A stretch of DNA of 64,000 bases from Thermomicrobia bacterium (GCA_040255925.1 JBDZVX010000002.1:17232-81231); one strand, 5' to 3'. Shown: positions 21,421-30,694, numbered from the stretch's first letter. Made by a program: numbers and translations. The notes: a model not told the origin generated them from the letters alone.

Positions 21421-22851
21421 ATGACGGGGACGCCGGGCGGAGATTGGCTCCGTGGGAAGCGGGCGCTCGTAATGGGCCTCGGGACACGCCAGGGGGGCCT
21501 GGGCGTAACGCGCTATCTCGCGGAACAGGGCGCCGACGTCACCGTTACCGACCTCCGACCGGCGGCCGATCTTGATCCGATTATCGGCGAATTGTCCGGT
21601 CTCCCGATCCGCTTTGTCCTCGGTGAACACCGCCGGGAGGATTTCGAGACAGCCGAGATCATCGTCCGAAACCCGGCGGTCCCGGTTCGTTCACCCTGGC
21701 TCGCGATCGCACGAGCGGCCGGAGCCCGGATCGAAATGGAAATGTCCCTCTTCTTCCGGGCGTGTCCGGCACCGGTTATCGGCATCACCGGCACCAAGGG
21801 GAAGACGACCACCGCGACGTTCTGCGCCAACATTCTGCGTCTGGCCTACCCAGATACGGTCCTGGCCGGGAACATGGGCGCATCGGCACTCATGGCGCTC
21901 CCCCGGATCACACCGGAAACGCCGGTCGTCATCGAGCTCTCAAGCTGGCAGCTCGAAGGACTCGCCGAACACGGCATGAGCCCGCACATCGCGGTCCTGA
22001 CCAATATCTCCGAAGATCACCTGAACGCCTACCCCTCGATGGCGGAATATATCGAGGCGAAGCGCCACATCGCCCGTTTTCAAGCACCCGGCGATTGGTT
22101 CATCGTCAACCGAGACGATCCGCCAGCCTGGGAGAGCCGCCACACTGGCGCCGGACGAATCATCCAGTTTGGATTTGAACGTGACGCGGGCGCGGAACGG
22201 GGCGCCTGGCTCGACGGCGACCGGCTTATCTGGCATTGGGCGGGCACGGACCGGGAGATCTGCCGGCTGCGAGATCTCCCCTTCCCGGGACCGGCCACAG
22301 CTATGAACGCCCTCGCCGCCAGTGCCGCCGCGCTCTTGATGGGGGCCACTGAAGCTCAAGCCCGCGCAGCGCTCGCCACCCAGCAACCGATCCCCTATCG
22401 GCAGGAGCCGGTGGCAACCATCGACGGTGTTCTTTATGTCAATGACACGGCGGCGACCGCGCCGGCGGCCGCGATCGCGGCGCTCGATGCCTACCGGGAA
22501 AGACCGGTAGTACTGATCGCGGGGGGAGCCAGCAAGCGGAGCGATTTAGCCGCGCTGGCGAATCGAGCGGCCAGCCAAGCCGTAGCGGTGGTCCTGCTCG
22601 ATGGCAGCGCCACGCCCGAATTCCGGCAGCTGTTGCTCGAAGCCGGTGTCCGGAACCTCTCCGGCCCACATGGCGCTATGGAGCCGGCCATCAGAGCGGC
22701 CGCGACCTTCGCCAAGCCGGGGTCGGTGGTCCTGCTGGCACCCGGTTGCGCCAGCTTCGGAATCTTCCGCGACGAGTTCCACCGTGGGGATGACTTTCGT
22801 TCCGCGGTTGACCGGCTGGCGATGGCGGCATCGGCGGAGAAGCGGCCATGA
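21421..22851 (+). CDS. murD: UDP-MurNAc-L-Ala--D-Glu ligase MurD
   Basis: ITGTKGKTTT, ELSSWQLE, DHL, LIAGG..K, LLAPGCASF..F..RG. Confidence 0.92.
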   Translation: MTGTPGGDWLRGKRALVMGLGTRQGGLGVTRYLAEQGADVTVTDLRPAADLDPIIGELSGLPIRFVLGEHRREDFETAEIIVRNPAVPVRSPWLAIARAAGARIEMEMSLFFRACPAPVIGITGTKGKTTTATFCANILRLAYPDTVLAGNMGASALMALPRITPETPVVIELSSWQLEGLAEHGMSPHIAVLTNISEDHLNAYPSMAEYIEAKRHIARFQAPGDWFIVNRDDPPAWESRHTGAGRIIQFGFERDAGAERGAWLDGDRLIWHWAGTDREICRLRDLPFPGPATAMNALAASAAALLMGATEAQARAALATQQPIPYRQEPVATIDGVLYVNDTAATAPAAAIAALDAYRERPVVLIAGGASKRSDLAALANRAASQAVAVVLLDGSATPEFRQLLLEAGVRNLSGPHGAMEPAIRAAATFAKPGSVVLLAPGCASFGIFRDEFHRGDDFRSAVDRLAMAASAEKRP

Positions 22852-24281
22852 ACACGATGGCGCAAGGATTCCTCCGGCTCGCCACGCGTGTGCTGCCTGG
22901 GTCACGAACCGGTCACGCGCCCGATTACTGGCTCCTGACGACGGTGCTGATGCTGGTGATGTTCGGCACCGTGATGGTATTCAGCGCCAGCTTCGCCATC
23001 GGCATCGAGACTGAAGGCGGCAACAGCTACTATTACCTCACCCGGCAACTAATCTGGGTGACCGTTGGGCTGACCGCGCTGCTGGTCGCCATGAACATCG
23101 ACTACCATGTGTGGCGTCGTCTCGCCCTGCCCGGCATGGTCCTGGTACTCATCCTCCTGGCGGTCGTCGTCCTGATCCCCGCGGCCGGTGTGGAGGCATG
23201 GGGCGCCACCCGCTGGATCCCACTCGGCCCATTGTCGTTTCAACCGAGTGAGATTGCCAAACCGGTCCTGGTCATCTACCTGGCCGAGTGGCTGAGCCAG
23301 AAGGGGGCCAAGGTCCGGCATTTCAGCTACGGCCTGGTGCCCTTCGCGATCTTCCTTGGGCTGCTGATCGGCCTGGTGATGCTCCAGCCGGATCTGGGCA
23401 CCTCAGCAGTCCTCGCCTCAATCGGTATTGGTATGTTCCTGGTGGCCGGGGCCGACCTGGTGCAGTTCAGCGGGTTGATCGCCACCGGCGGCGTGGCGTT
23501 TCTGGTCATGGCGTTGGGCGCGTCCTACCGCCGGGCGCGCATCCTGATTTTCCTGAATCCAGACGCCGACCCACTGAATCTTGGCTGGCAACTCACGCAG
23601 GCCCGGCTCGCGTTAGCCAGCGGAGGGATCTTCGGCCTCGGTCTAGGAGCCAGCCGCCAAAAGTTCGCCTGGCTTCCAGCCGCGCAGAACGATGCGATCT
23701 TCGCGGTCATCGGGGAAGAACTGGGGCTTATCGGCTGCTCGTTCGTGCTCCTGCTCTTTCTGGTGCTGGCCTGGCGGGGCTATCGCGTCGCGACGAAAGC
23801 GCCAGATGCCTTCGGGAGCCTCGTCGCCGTCGGCATCGTCACCTGGCTGATCTTTCAAGCAGCGATCAATATCGGCGGCATCACACTGACCATCCCCTTC
23901 ACCGGGGTTCCTCTGCCGTTCATCAGCTACGGAGGAACGTCTCTCGCCGTCTCGCTCGCCTCGATCGGGCTCCTGCTCAATGTGTCGCGCCAGACGCTCA
24001 ATAAACCGGTGTTCGCGGTCGAGGCGAGTCCGGCCGCCCCCCAGCGGCCGGGATCAATCATGCGGCGATTTTCACGAGGCCGGCGTGCCCCATCGCGTGC
24101 GCCATTGCACGCGGAGCCGGCTCCTCGCCCGTCACGCCGTGCCGCCGGACGCCGGGAACGGAGGGAAGACCGGGCACCGGTATCCTCCCCAATCGGTAGG
24201 GGATCGACTTCGCGTCAAGTCGGCTCATTCGGGCGTGCGCAGAACCGGAGACCGACCCGTTCGACGCGTCACTGGAAGTAG
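22848..24281 (+). CDS. ftsW: SEDS peptidoglycan polymerase FtsW with a long basic C-terminal tail
   Basis: GATRWI, FQPSEIAK, QPDLGT, IGEELG, GVPLPFISYGGTS. Confidence 0.93.
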   Translation: MNTMAQGFLRLATRVLPGSRTGHAPDYWLLTTVLMLVMFGTVMVFSASFAIGIETEGGNSYYYLTRQLIWVTVGLTALLVAMNIDYHVWRRLALPGMVLVLILLAVVVLIPAAGVEAWGATRWIPLGPLSFQPSEIAKPVLVIYLAEWLSQKGAKVRHFSYGLVPFAIFLGLLIGLVMLQPDLGTSAVLASIGIGMFLVAGADLVQFSGLIATGGVAFLVMALGASYRRARILIFLNPDADPLNLGWQLTQARLALASGGIFGLGLGASRQKFAWLPAAQNDAIFAVIGEELGLIGCSFVLLLFLVLAWRGYRVATKAPDAFGSLVAVGIVTWLIFQAAINIGGITLTIPFTGVPLPFISYGGTSLAVSLASIGLLLNVSRQTLNKPVFAVEASPAAPQRPGSIMRRFSRGRRAPSRAPLHAEPAPRPSRRAAGRRERREDRAPVSSPIGRGSTSRQVGSFGRAQNRRPTRSTRHWK

Positions 24282-24287
24282 GACATC

Positions 24288-25688
24288 ATGGAACAAGATT
24301 ATCTTCTTAGCCGGATTCACCTTCCGCCGCTGCCAGCAACCATCCACTTCGTGGGGATCGGCGGTATCGGCATGAGCGGCCTCGCGCGGATCGTGGCCGC
24401 GCGAGGCTACCAGGTGACCGGCTCGGATGCCAGCGACTCGCCATCGCTCGCCGCCCTCCGCGACGATGGGTTCGCGGTGATCATTGGCCACAGCGCCGCC
24501 GGACTCGGTGATCCCGCGCTGGTCGTGACCACCGCCGCCGCACCGGAGACCAACCCGGAACTTGCCACGGCACGGGAGCGCGCGATCCCGATCGTGAAAC
24601 GCGCCACGTTGCTCGGACTCCTCTGCAACGACCAGGTCTGCGTCGCCGTTGCCGGCACGCACGGGAAATCGACAACCAGCGGGATGTTCGCCTTTGCGCT
24701 CGACCAGGCCGGAATCAACCCTTCATTTGCAGTAGGTGCCCGGGTTAATCAGCTCGGGGCAAATGCCGGCGCCGGACGGAGCGAGGTATTTGTTGCCGAG
24801 GCGGATGAATACGACTACAGCTTCCTCTGGCTCCGCCCGGCTGTCGGGATCATCACCAACATTGAGTTCGATCATCCCGACATCTTCACTTCGCTCAGCG
24901 CGGTTGAAGATGCCTTCTTGCAGTTCGCGGAACGGATTCGTACCGGGGGAACACTGGTGGTTTCCGCCGATGATCCCGGCTGCCGCCGGCTGATCGCGCG
25001 CCTTCAGTCACCGATCATCAAGACCACGTTCGGCATTCACCCGGACGCGGACTGGCGGATCGTAGAATCGGACGGCGGCTTCGGGATCCGCACGCCCGGC
25101 GGCCCGGTCATCCCGCTCCACCTCCAGGTTCCGGGCCGGCACAACCTGCTCAACGCAGCGGCGGCGATTGCGGCCGGCGCGGCACTCGGGATCTCGCCGC
25201 CACAACTGCGGCCGGGGCTTGAAGCCTTTACCGGCGTCGGCCGGCGCTTCGACGTGCGTGGAGAAGTCAACGGCGTGACCATCATTGATGACTACGCCCA
25301 TCATCCGACAGAGATCCGGTCAACGATCGCGGCCGCGCGAGAACGCTATCCCGGAGCGCGGCTCTGGGCGCTCTTCCAGCCGCATACCTATAGCCGGACC
25401 AAACGGCTTCTCGACGACTTCGCCGCCGCGCTGGGCGGTGCCGACCGCGTGGTCCTCACGACGATTTATCCGGCTCGTGAGATCGACGATCTCGGCATCT
25501 CATCTTCGGACATCGCCAGCCGGATTACCGGCGTACCGGTCGAGATCGTGGACGGACTCGAGCCGGCGGCCCGCTTCGTCAGCGCGACCGCGTCGGCAGG
25601 CGACGTGGTGCTCGTGCTCGGCGCCGGGGATATCTGGAAGGTCAGTGAAGCGATGCTCGCGCCACGGGGGCAAGAAGAGGACGCATGA
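24288..25688 (+). CDS. murC: UDP-MurNAc--L-Ala ligase MurC
   Basis: HFVGIGGIGMSGLA, AGTHGKSTT, EADEYD, DDYAHHPTEI, FQPHTYSRT. Confidence 0.95.
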   Translation: MEQDYLLSRIHLPPLPATIHFVGIGGIGMSGLARIVAARGYQVTGSDASDSPSLAALRDDGFAVIIGHSAAGLGDPALVVTTAAAPETNPELATARERAIPIVKRATLLGLLCNDQVCVAVAGTHGKSTTSGMFAFALDQAGINPSFAVGARVNQLGANAGAGRSEVFVAEADEYDYSFLWLRPAVGIITNIEFDHPDIFTSLSAVEDAFLQFAERIRTGGTLVVSADDPGCRRLIARLQSPIIKTTFGIHPDADWRIVESDGGFGIRTPGGPVIPLHLQVPGRHNLLNAAAAIAAGAALGISPPQLRPGLEAFTGVGRRFDVRGEVNGVTIIDDYAHHPTEIRSTIAAARERYPGARLWALFQPHTYSRTKRLLDDFAAALGGADRVVLTTIYPAREIDDLGISSSDIASRITGVPVEIVDGLEPAARFVSATASAGDVVLVLGAGDIWKVSEAMLAPRGQEEDA

Positions 25689-26623
25689 CCGACCGGCTGA
25701 CGCTGACGACAGGCGATGACAGCATTACGATCCGGCGCGACCAGCCGATGTCACGCTACACCACGTTTCGCATCGGTGGCCCCGCCGATTTCCTCGTCAC
25801 GGCGGTGAACGCTGAACAAGTGCAGGCCGCGAACGAGTGGGCCGCGCGGGCAGGGGTACCGGTCACCGCCATTGGCGGCGGGAGTAACCTGCTGGTCGGA
25901 GACGGTGGCATCCGCGGCCTCGTCCTGCTTGTCCGCGCCTCGGCCAAGACGATTGAGGAGACCAGCCTGGTCGAAGATCTGGGTGATCAGATCCGCGTTC
26001 GGGTTCCGGCGCAGATGCACATCTCTCGGCTCGGTCATCGCGCGGCGCGGAGCGGCTGGGCCGGCCTGGAATGGGCGGCTGGCCTGCCGGGAATGCTCGG
26101 CGGCGCGGTGGTCAATAACGCCGGAGCCCACGGGTCCGAGATCACCGATCACCTCGAATCGATCGAGGTGCTCACCGGAGACGGGCGGATCGAAACGTGG
26201 ACGCGAGACCGGCTCTCCCCGCGTTACCGGCACACGATCCTGAAGGCCGCGCCACGTCCCCGGCGCTGGATCGTTCTTCAAGCGACATTTGTATTGCCGC
26301 GCGGAGACGCGGACGAACTAACCGCGAGAGCCGATGAGTACGCTAGATGGCGGCGGAGCGCGCAGCCGACCGGCGCGTGTGCCGGCTCGGTCTTCACGAA
26401 TCCGGAAGGGACCTATGCCGGGCTGCTGATCGATCAGGCCGGGCTTAAAGGCCGGCAGGTTGGTGGCGTAAGTGTCTCCGAGCTGCATGGAAACTTCCTG
26501 GTCAATACCGGTGGAGGTACCGCATCGGACGTACGGGCACTCATCGCGGTGATTCAGGAAACCGTGCATCACCAAACCGGCATCCAACTCGTGCCGGAGA
26601 TCGAGCAGGTAGGGGAGCAATAA
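25685..26623 (+). CDS. murB: UDP-N-acetylenolpyruvoylglucosamine reductase MurB
   Basis: [44 protein letters not shown]. Confidence 0.93.
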   Translation: MTDRLTLTTGDDSITIRRDQPMSRYTTFRIGGPADFLVTAVNAEQVQAANEWAARAGVPVTAIGGGSNLLVGDGGIRGLVLLVRASAKTIEETSLVEDLGDQIRVRVPAQMHISRLGHRAARSGWAGLEWAAGLPGMLGGAVVNNAGAHGSEITDHLESIEVLTGDGRIETWTRDRLSPRYRHTILKAAPRPRRWIVLQATFVLPRGDADELTARADEYARWRRSAQPTGACAGSVFTNPEGTYAGLLIDQAGLKGRQVGGVSVSELHGNFLVNTGGGTASDVRALIAVIQETVHHQTGIQLVPEIEQVGEQ

Positions 26624-26624
26624 C

Positions 26625-27716
26625 GTGCCAGGACGGTTGAAAGTCGGCGTCATCTTCGGTGGACGGTCAGGCGAGCATGATGTCTCTCTGCGCTCGGCCC
26701 AGGCGGTCATACAAGCAATGGACACCACACGCTTCGAGGTCGTTCCGATCGGCATCACCCGTGAGGGCTGCTGGCTCACCGGTGGAGATCCCCTCCGGCA
26801 CCTTGCGAGGACCTCCCGGCTGGCATTGACCGGCGGGCAGAACGCCGGGGATTCCACGGCTCGAGAGTCCGATGAGCCCAGCGGAGGTAGCCTCGATATC
26901 GTCGGCACTGGCTGGGCACGGGGTATCGACGTCCTTTTTCCGTTGGTACACGGCCCGATGGGTGAGGATGGGACGATTCAAGGGCTGCTCGAACTCGCCC
27001 AGATCCCCTATGTTGGCGCGGGTGTTCTCGGTTCGGCGGTCGCGATGGATAAGGCTGTCTCCAAGTGCTTGTTCGAGCAGGCGGGGCTGCCGGTCGCGCC
27101 CTGGTTCAGCTTGGTGCGGCAGGAATGGCGGAGCGACGCGGCGACGATCAGGGACCGCGTTCAGAACGAACTTGGCTACCCCTGCTTTACCAAACCGGCG
27201 AACCTCGGATCAAGCGTTGGGATCAGCAAGGTGTATCACGCCGGCGAGCTCGATGCGTGTATCGAGGAGGCGTTTCAGTATGATCGGAAAGTGGTCATTG
27301 AACGCGGCATCGATGCGCGGGAGCTGGAAGTCGGCGTGCTCGGCAACGACGAGCCACGGGCATCGGTGGTCGGTGAGATCATCCCCTGCCATGAGTTCTA
27401 TGACTATGAGGCCAAATACGTCGATGATCGGTCCCAGCTCGTCATTCCGGCCGAGATTGAGCCGGAAACGGCCGCTATCGCGCGATCGCTCGCCACGGAC
27501 GCGTTCCGGGTGACCGATGGAGCCGGCATGGCGCGGGTCGATTTCTTCCTTGAGCGACCGACCGGCCGGTTATATCTCAACGAACTGAACACGATTCCAG
27601 GGTTCACCAGGTCAAGCATGTACCCAAGACTCTGGGAAGCGAGTGGCATTCCCCTCACCCAACTCATCAGCCGTCTGATTGATCTGGCGCTCGAACGCCA
27701 TGCCGGAATGCGATGA
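26625..27716 (+). CDS. ddl: D-alanine--D-alanine ligase
   Basis: [53 protein letters not shown]. Confidence 0.95.
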   Translation: MPGRLKVGVIFGGRSGEHDVSLRSAQAVIQAMDTTRFEVVPIGITREGCWLTGGDPLRHLARTSRLALTGGQNAGDSTARESDEPSGGSLDIVGTGWARGIDVLFPLVHGPMGEDGTIQGLLELAQIPYVGAGVLGSAVAMDKAVSKCLFEQAGLPVAPWFSLVRQEWRSDAATIRDRVQNELGYPCFTKPANLGSSVGISKVYHAGELDACIEEAFQYDRKVVIERGIDARELEVGVLGNDEPRASVVGEIIPCHEFYDYEAKYVDDRSQLVIPAEIEPETAAIARSLATDAFRVTDGAGMARVDFFLERPTGRLYLNELNTIPGFTRSSMYPRLWEASGIPLTQLISRLIDLALERHAGMR

Positions 27717-28480
27717 TCGCGCGCTTCCGGAGATCCAAGGGCCGCAGGAGAGAGGATCAGCCCCAAAAGAAGCCGCGCCGCGATTCCCGGCTGGGCGGAT
27801 TCCTCCGGCGGATTATCGCCAGCGGCCGGCTACCGGCATTCCTGCTCAGCGTCGGACTCGCGGTTATCGTGTTCGGGTTCCTCTTCTCTCAGGATTTCGT
27901 GGTCCGGACGATCATCGTTCAGGGGAACACCCTGGCTCTCGCCGACAGCATCGTGACGACGAGTGGTGCTCTGGACCAGCAGATCTTCCGCATTGACACC
28001 CAGGTGGTCGCGAGGCGGATCGCGGCGCTGCCGGCAGTCGCGTCGGTCGAGGTCTCGGCCGAACTCCCGGACCGTCTGATCATCCGAGTGCACGAGCGGG
28101 CGCCAGTGATCATCTGGCAGTCCGGCGAGCAGGCCATGCTCGTCGACCAGCACGGATGGGTGTTGGCGAAAGCCGGCGATCAGACACTGCCCAGGGTGCT
28201 TCAAACTGAGGGGGACTCCCTGGTGGTGGGGAGCCGGATCGAGCCGGAGATGATCCAGGCCGTGCTGGCGGTGAACCAGCGCCTGGGTCCCCAACTCATG
28301 ACACTGGAGTACGATCACACCACTGGGATCACCGCCCACTTTTCCGACGGGCACATCGTCATGTTGGGCACCCCCGACCAGACGCCGGTGAAGCTCAATG
28401 TCCTGGACGCGGCCATGGCGATCCAGGACCAGTGGCACCGGCTCGATCTACGCGAGCCGGACCGGCCAGCCTACAGATGA
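27713..28480 (+). CDS. ftsQ: Cell division protein FtsQ/DivIB
   Basis: Single TM helix, POTRA-like region (LPAV..V.V..ELPD.L.I.V.ER.P) and a C-terminal DLR motif. Follows ddl. Confidence 0.85.
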   Translation: MIARFRRSKGRRREDQPQKKPRRDSRLGGFLRRIIASGRLPAFLLSVGLAVIVFGFLFSQDFVVRTIIVQGNTLALADSIVTTSGALDQQIFRIDTQVVARRIAALPAVASVEVSAELPDRLIIRVHERAPVIIWQSGEQAMLVDQHGWVLAKAGDQTLPRVLQTEGDSLVVGSRIEPEMIQAVLAVNQRLGPQLMTLEYDHTTGITAHFSDGHIVMLGTPDQTPVKLNVLDAAMAIQDQWHRLDLREPDRPAYR

Positions 28481-28567
28481 TGACCGGGGAACGCCAACCC
28501 GGCATATCGCGACCCTACCGCTAACCGCTTTACTCTCGACTACTAATAGTAGGCTACTAATCTGTAA

Positions 28568-28582
28568 TGGCACGCTTAATGC
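28568..28582 (+). promoter_or_regulatory. sigma54-like -24/-12 motif upstream of peptide gene 1
   Basis: TGGCACGCTTAATGC has GG-N10-GC spacing and one mismatch to TGGCACG-N4-TTGC. Confidence 0.35.
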
Positions 28583-28675
28583 CATGACATAACATCACGG
28601 GGCCAGCTTAAGGCGAATGGCGTTGGGTGCCCCAGGTTTCATACACGCCCGAGAACACGGGAAGGAGCTTCCGTC

Positions 28676-28927
28676 ATGACTGATGCTGAACTACAGGCCG
28701 AGCAACTGACGGTTTTGCCACAACGGTTGGAGACCATCCACTTCAGAGGGGGTGGTGTGTCTCAGCGTTCCTTCATCGACCAGTCGAACTTCAATAACCA
28801 GATCGGTGGTGATTGTTTCCGCGCCAGCTGCGATCAGGTGAGCGTCCAGTCGAACTCTGCTTCCGTCCACCAGAGCGTGTCCCAAGGATTTCGCTTCCAC
28901 GGCTTCCATGGGCATCATGGTTGGTAA
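28676..28927 (+). CDS. Small precursor-like peptide 1 (83 aa): conserved leader, Q/N/S-rich core with CxxxxC, His/Gly tail
   Basis: GGAAGGAG RBS. Clearly paralogous to the next two ORFs. Hairpin downstream. Confidence 0.85.
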   Translation: MTDAELQAEQLTVLPQRLETIHFRGGGVSQRSFIDQSNFNNQIGGDCFRASCDQVSVQSNSASVHQSVSQGFRFHGFHGHHGW

Positions 28928-28960
28928 TGCGTAAGTTCACCGCAAGATAGCCGGTCCCGG

Positions 28961-28988
28961 GTACCCGCTCGGAAGACCGAGCGGGTAC
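28961..28988. terminator. Hairpin family copy 1
   Basis: GTACCCGCTCGG-AAGA-CCGAGCGGGTAC, a perfect 12-bp stem 33 nt after the peptide 1 stop. Confidence 0.7.
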
Positions 28989-29208
28989 TGTAGGCCCCCA
29001 ACCACGCTGGCGCAAGGCATGGGGCAGGCCCGACAATCATCGTGTGTCGTTATCTGGTAGCTATACCCGAGCCACTGGTTCCCCACTAATCTGTCATGCT
29101 GAGCTTCCATAAAATTCAGGAAGTCGTAGGACTTGGTTAGTAGGGTAACAGCATGGGTAGCCTGGGGTTCTGATGATACCGAAGAGAACATGGGAAGGAG
29201 TCATCGTC

Positions 29209-29454
29209 ATGACTGATACCGAACTGCAGGCCGAGCAACTCGTCGTGCTGCCACAACGACTGGAGACCATCCACTTCAGAGGAGGTGGTGTCTCCCAGCG
29301 TTCCTTCATCGACCAAGACAACTTCAACCAACAGTTCGGTGGCCGTTGCTTCGGGTCAAGCTGCGACCAATTCAACGCGCAGTCGAACTGGGCTAATGTC
29401 GACCAGGACGTGGATCAGCGCTTCTTCCGCGGATGGGGCGGCTGGGGCTGGTAA
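29209..29454 (+). CDS. Small precursor-like peptide 2 (81 aa): conserved leader, Q/N/D-rich core with CxxxxC, GW tail
   Basis: GGAAGGAG RBS before the ATG at 29209. Paralog of peptide 1 over most of its length and of peptide 3 at the 3' end. Confidence 0.85.
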   Translation: MTDTELQAEQLVVLPQRLETIHFRGGGVSQRSFIDQDNFNQQFGGRCFGSSCDQFNAQSNWANVDQDVDQRFFRGWGGWGW

Positions 29455-29488
29455 TACCTACGCCCACGATACGAGACCCGGCACCCAC

Positions 29489-29516
29489 ACACCCGCTCGG
29501 ATTTCCGGGCGGGTGT
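29489..29516. terminator. Hairpin family copy 2
   Basis: ACACCCGCTCGG-ATTT-CCGGGCGGGTGT after peptide 2. Confidence 0.7.
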
Positions 29517-29956
29517 CGCGCATTTGTCAGCCTACGGCAGATATCGGAAACCAGATTGGACGATCCGATCGCCGGGATCAACCCCCACGAAATCCACGGC
29601 CGGATTGATGAATCCGGGGGCTGCCAGTGGCTGATCAAGGTCAGCTGGGCGGGTTCGCAGCAGGTTCCTCAAACGGCTGAAAAAGGTGGTCAAGTCGTCA
29701 TCGATCCGAACTCTTGTCCGTACGGGTTGACGTCCCGTCACGACCAGGAGACCCCGATTTTCCGCGATGCTCGGGCGAAAACACTTCGGCGCAATTCTGC
29801 TTCGCGCGTAACTAGGAGTTCGCTGTATGCTAACTTGCAAGGCCGAACCCCACCGGAATTCAGGAAGCCGTAAGGTGGACTCAGTAAGGTAGCCGTGTGG
29901 GTGATCCGGGGGCTCAGGATGCGAAAGCACGTAAACAGTAGGAAGGAGATCGGTCC

Positions 29957-30181
29957 ATGACTACTGCTGAACTGACCAAAACTGAGCTGACGGATACGGA
30001 ATTGGCAAATACTGAACTGCAAGCGGAAGAACTCACCGTGCTACCGGATCGACTGGAGACGACCGGCTGCTGGGACGGCTGCTGGGGCGGCTGGGGCTGG
30101 CGCGGCGGCTGGGGCGGCTGGGACGGCTGGCACGGCGGCTGGGACGGCTGGCACGGCGGCTGGGGCGGCTGGGGCTGGTAA
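29957..30181 (+). CDS. Small precursor-like peptide 3 (74 aa): expanded leader and Gly/Trp-repeat core
   Basis: GGAAGGAG RBS. Leader ELQAEELTVLPDRLET shared with peptides 1 and 2. The 39-aa core has 12 Trp and 18 Gly. Confidence 0.8.
   Translation: MTTAELTKTELTDTELANTELQAEELTVLPDRLETTGCWDGCWGGWGWRGGWGGWDGWHGGWDGWHGGWGGWGW
30116..30157 (+). repeat. Tandem 21-nt repeat (2 copies) encoding GWDGWHG
   Basis: GGCTGGGACGGCTGGCACGGC at 30116-30136 and 30137-30157. Confidence 0.9.
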
Positions 30182-30216
30182 AAACCACGCTCACGATACG
30201 AGACCCGGCACCCATG

Positions 30217-30242
30217 CACCCGCTCGGCATGCCGAGCGGGTG
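30217..30242. terminator. Hairpin family copy 3
   Basis: Perfect palindrome CACCCGCTCGGCATGCCGAGCGGGTG after peptide 3. Confidence 0.7.
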
Positions 30243-30694
30243 TACTGGTTTTACCATGCCTGTGGCTGACCGGTGAACCGCTCCCCAAACGACCCTCAAG
30301 TCAACAGTGCATCATGACTCATTCCGTAATTGAAGCATGAATTGTCAGGAAAGGCGCGGGGTAGAGTTGCTAATGCAACACCGTCACGTGTACCGTTGCT
30401 GTGCCGCGATGACATTCGGAAAAGAATCTGCCTATGATGAACTAATGGAGGTCAGCGCATCCCACCAGAACCGGCATTCCGCGCCGGTACGGGGCCGCGA
30501 TTCACGACCCGGTGCCGGTGTTTCCCCAACCCAGCGAAGTACGATCATATTGTACGTTCAGTCCGCAACCATTCGACGGGGTCAGGGAATTTAACGGAAA
30601 GGCGGGTCGCTGCCAGCGCGATCTCCCGGGAAAAACGCGCTCGTCGGCCTTTTCATTGAACGGACACGCACGAACACGCTGATTGAACATCGTG

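Noticed and set aside
28676..29454. Double-glycine bacteriocin leader (LETIHFRGG)
   Set aside because: The spacing does not fit the L-x-x-I-x-GG pattern, peptide 3 lacks the GG at that position, and no peptidase-containing ABC transporter is nearby. It is not fully excluded.
30061..30181. GW/WG repeats as Argonaute-binding hooks
   Set aside because: That is a eukaryotic interaction motif. No Argonaute gene is in the window, and the leader points to export or processing instead.
28961..30242. Repeated palindromes as a CRISPR array
   Set aside because: The copies are 500-700 nt apart with whole genes between them, and there are no cas genes.
29433..30690. Additional ORFs in the peptide insert (29433-29873, 29532-29930, 30337-30594)
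   Set aside because: No RBS or motifs, they overlap hairpins or real genes, and their composition looks non-coding.
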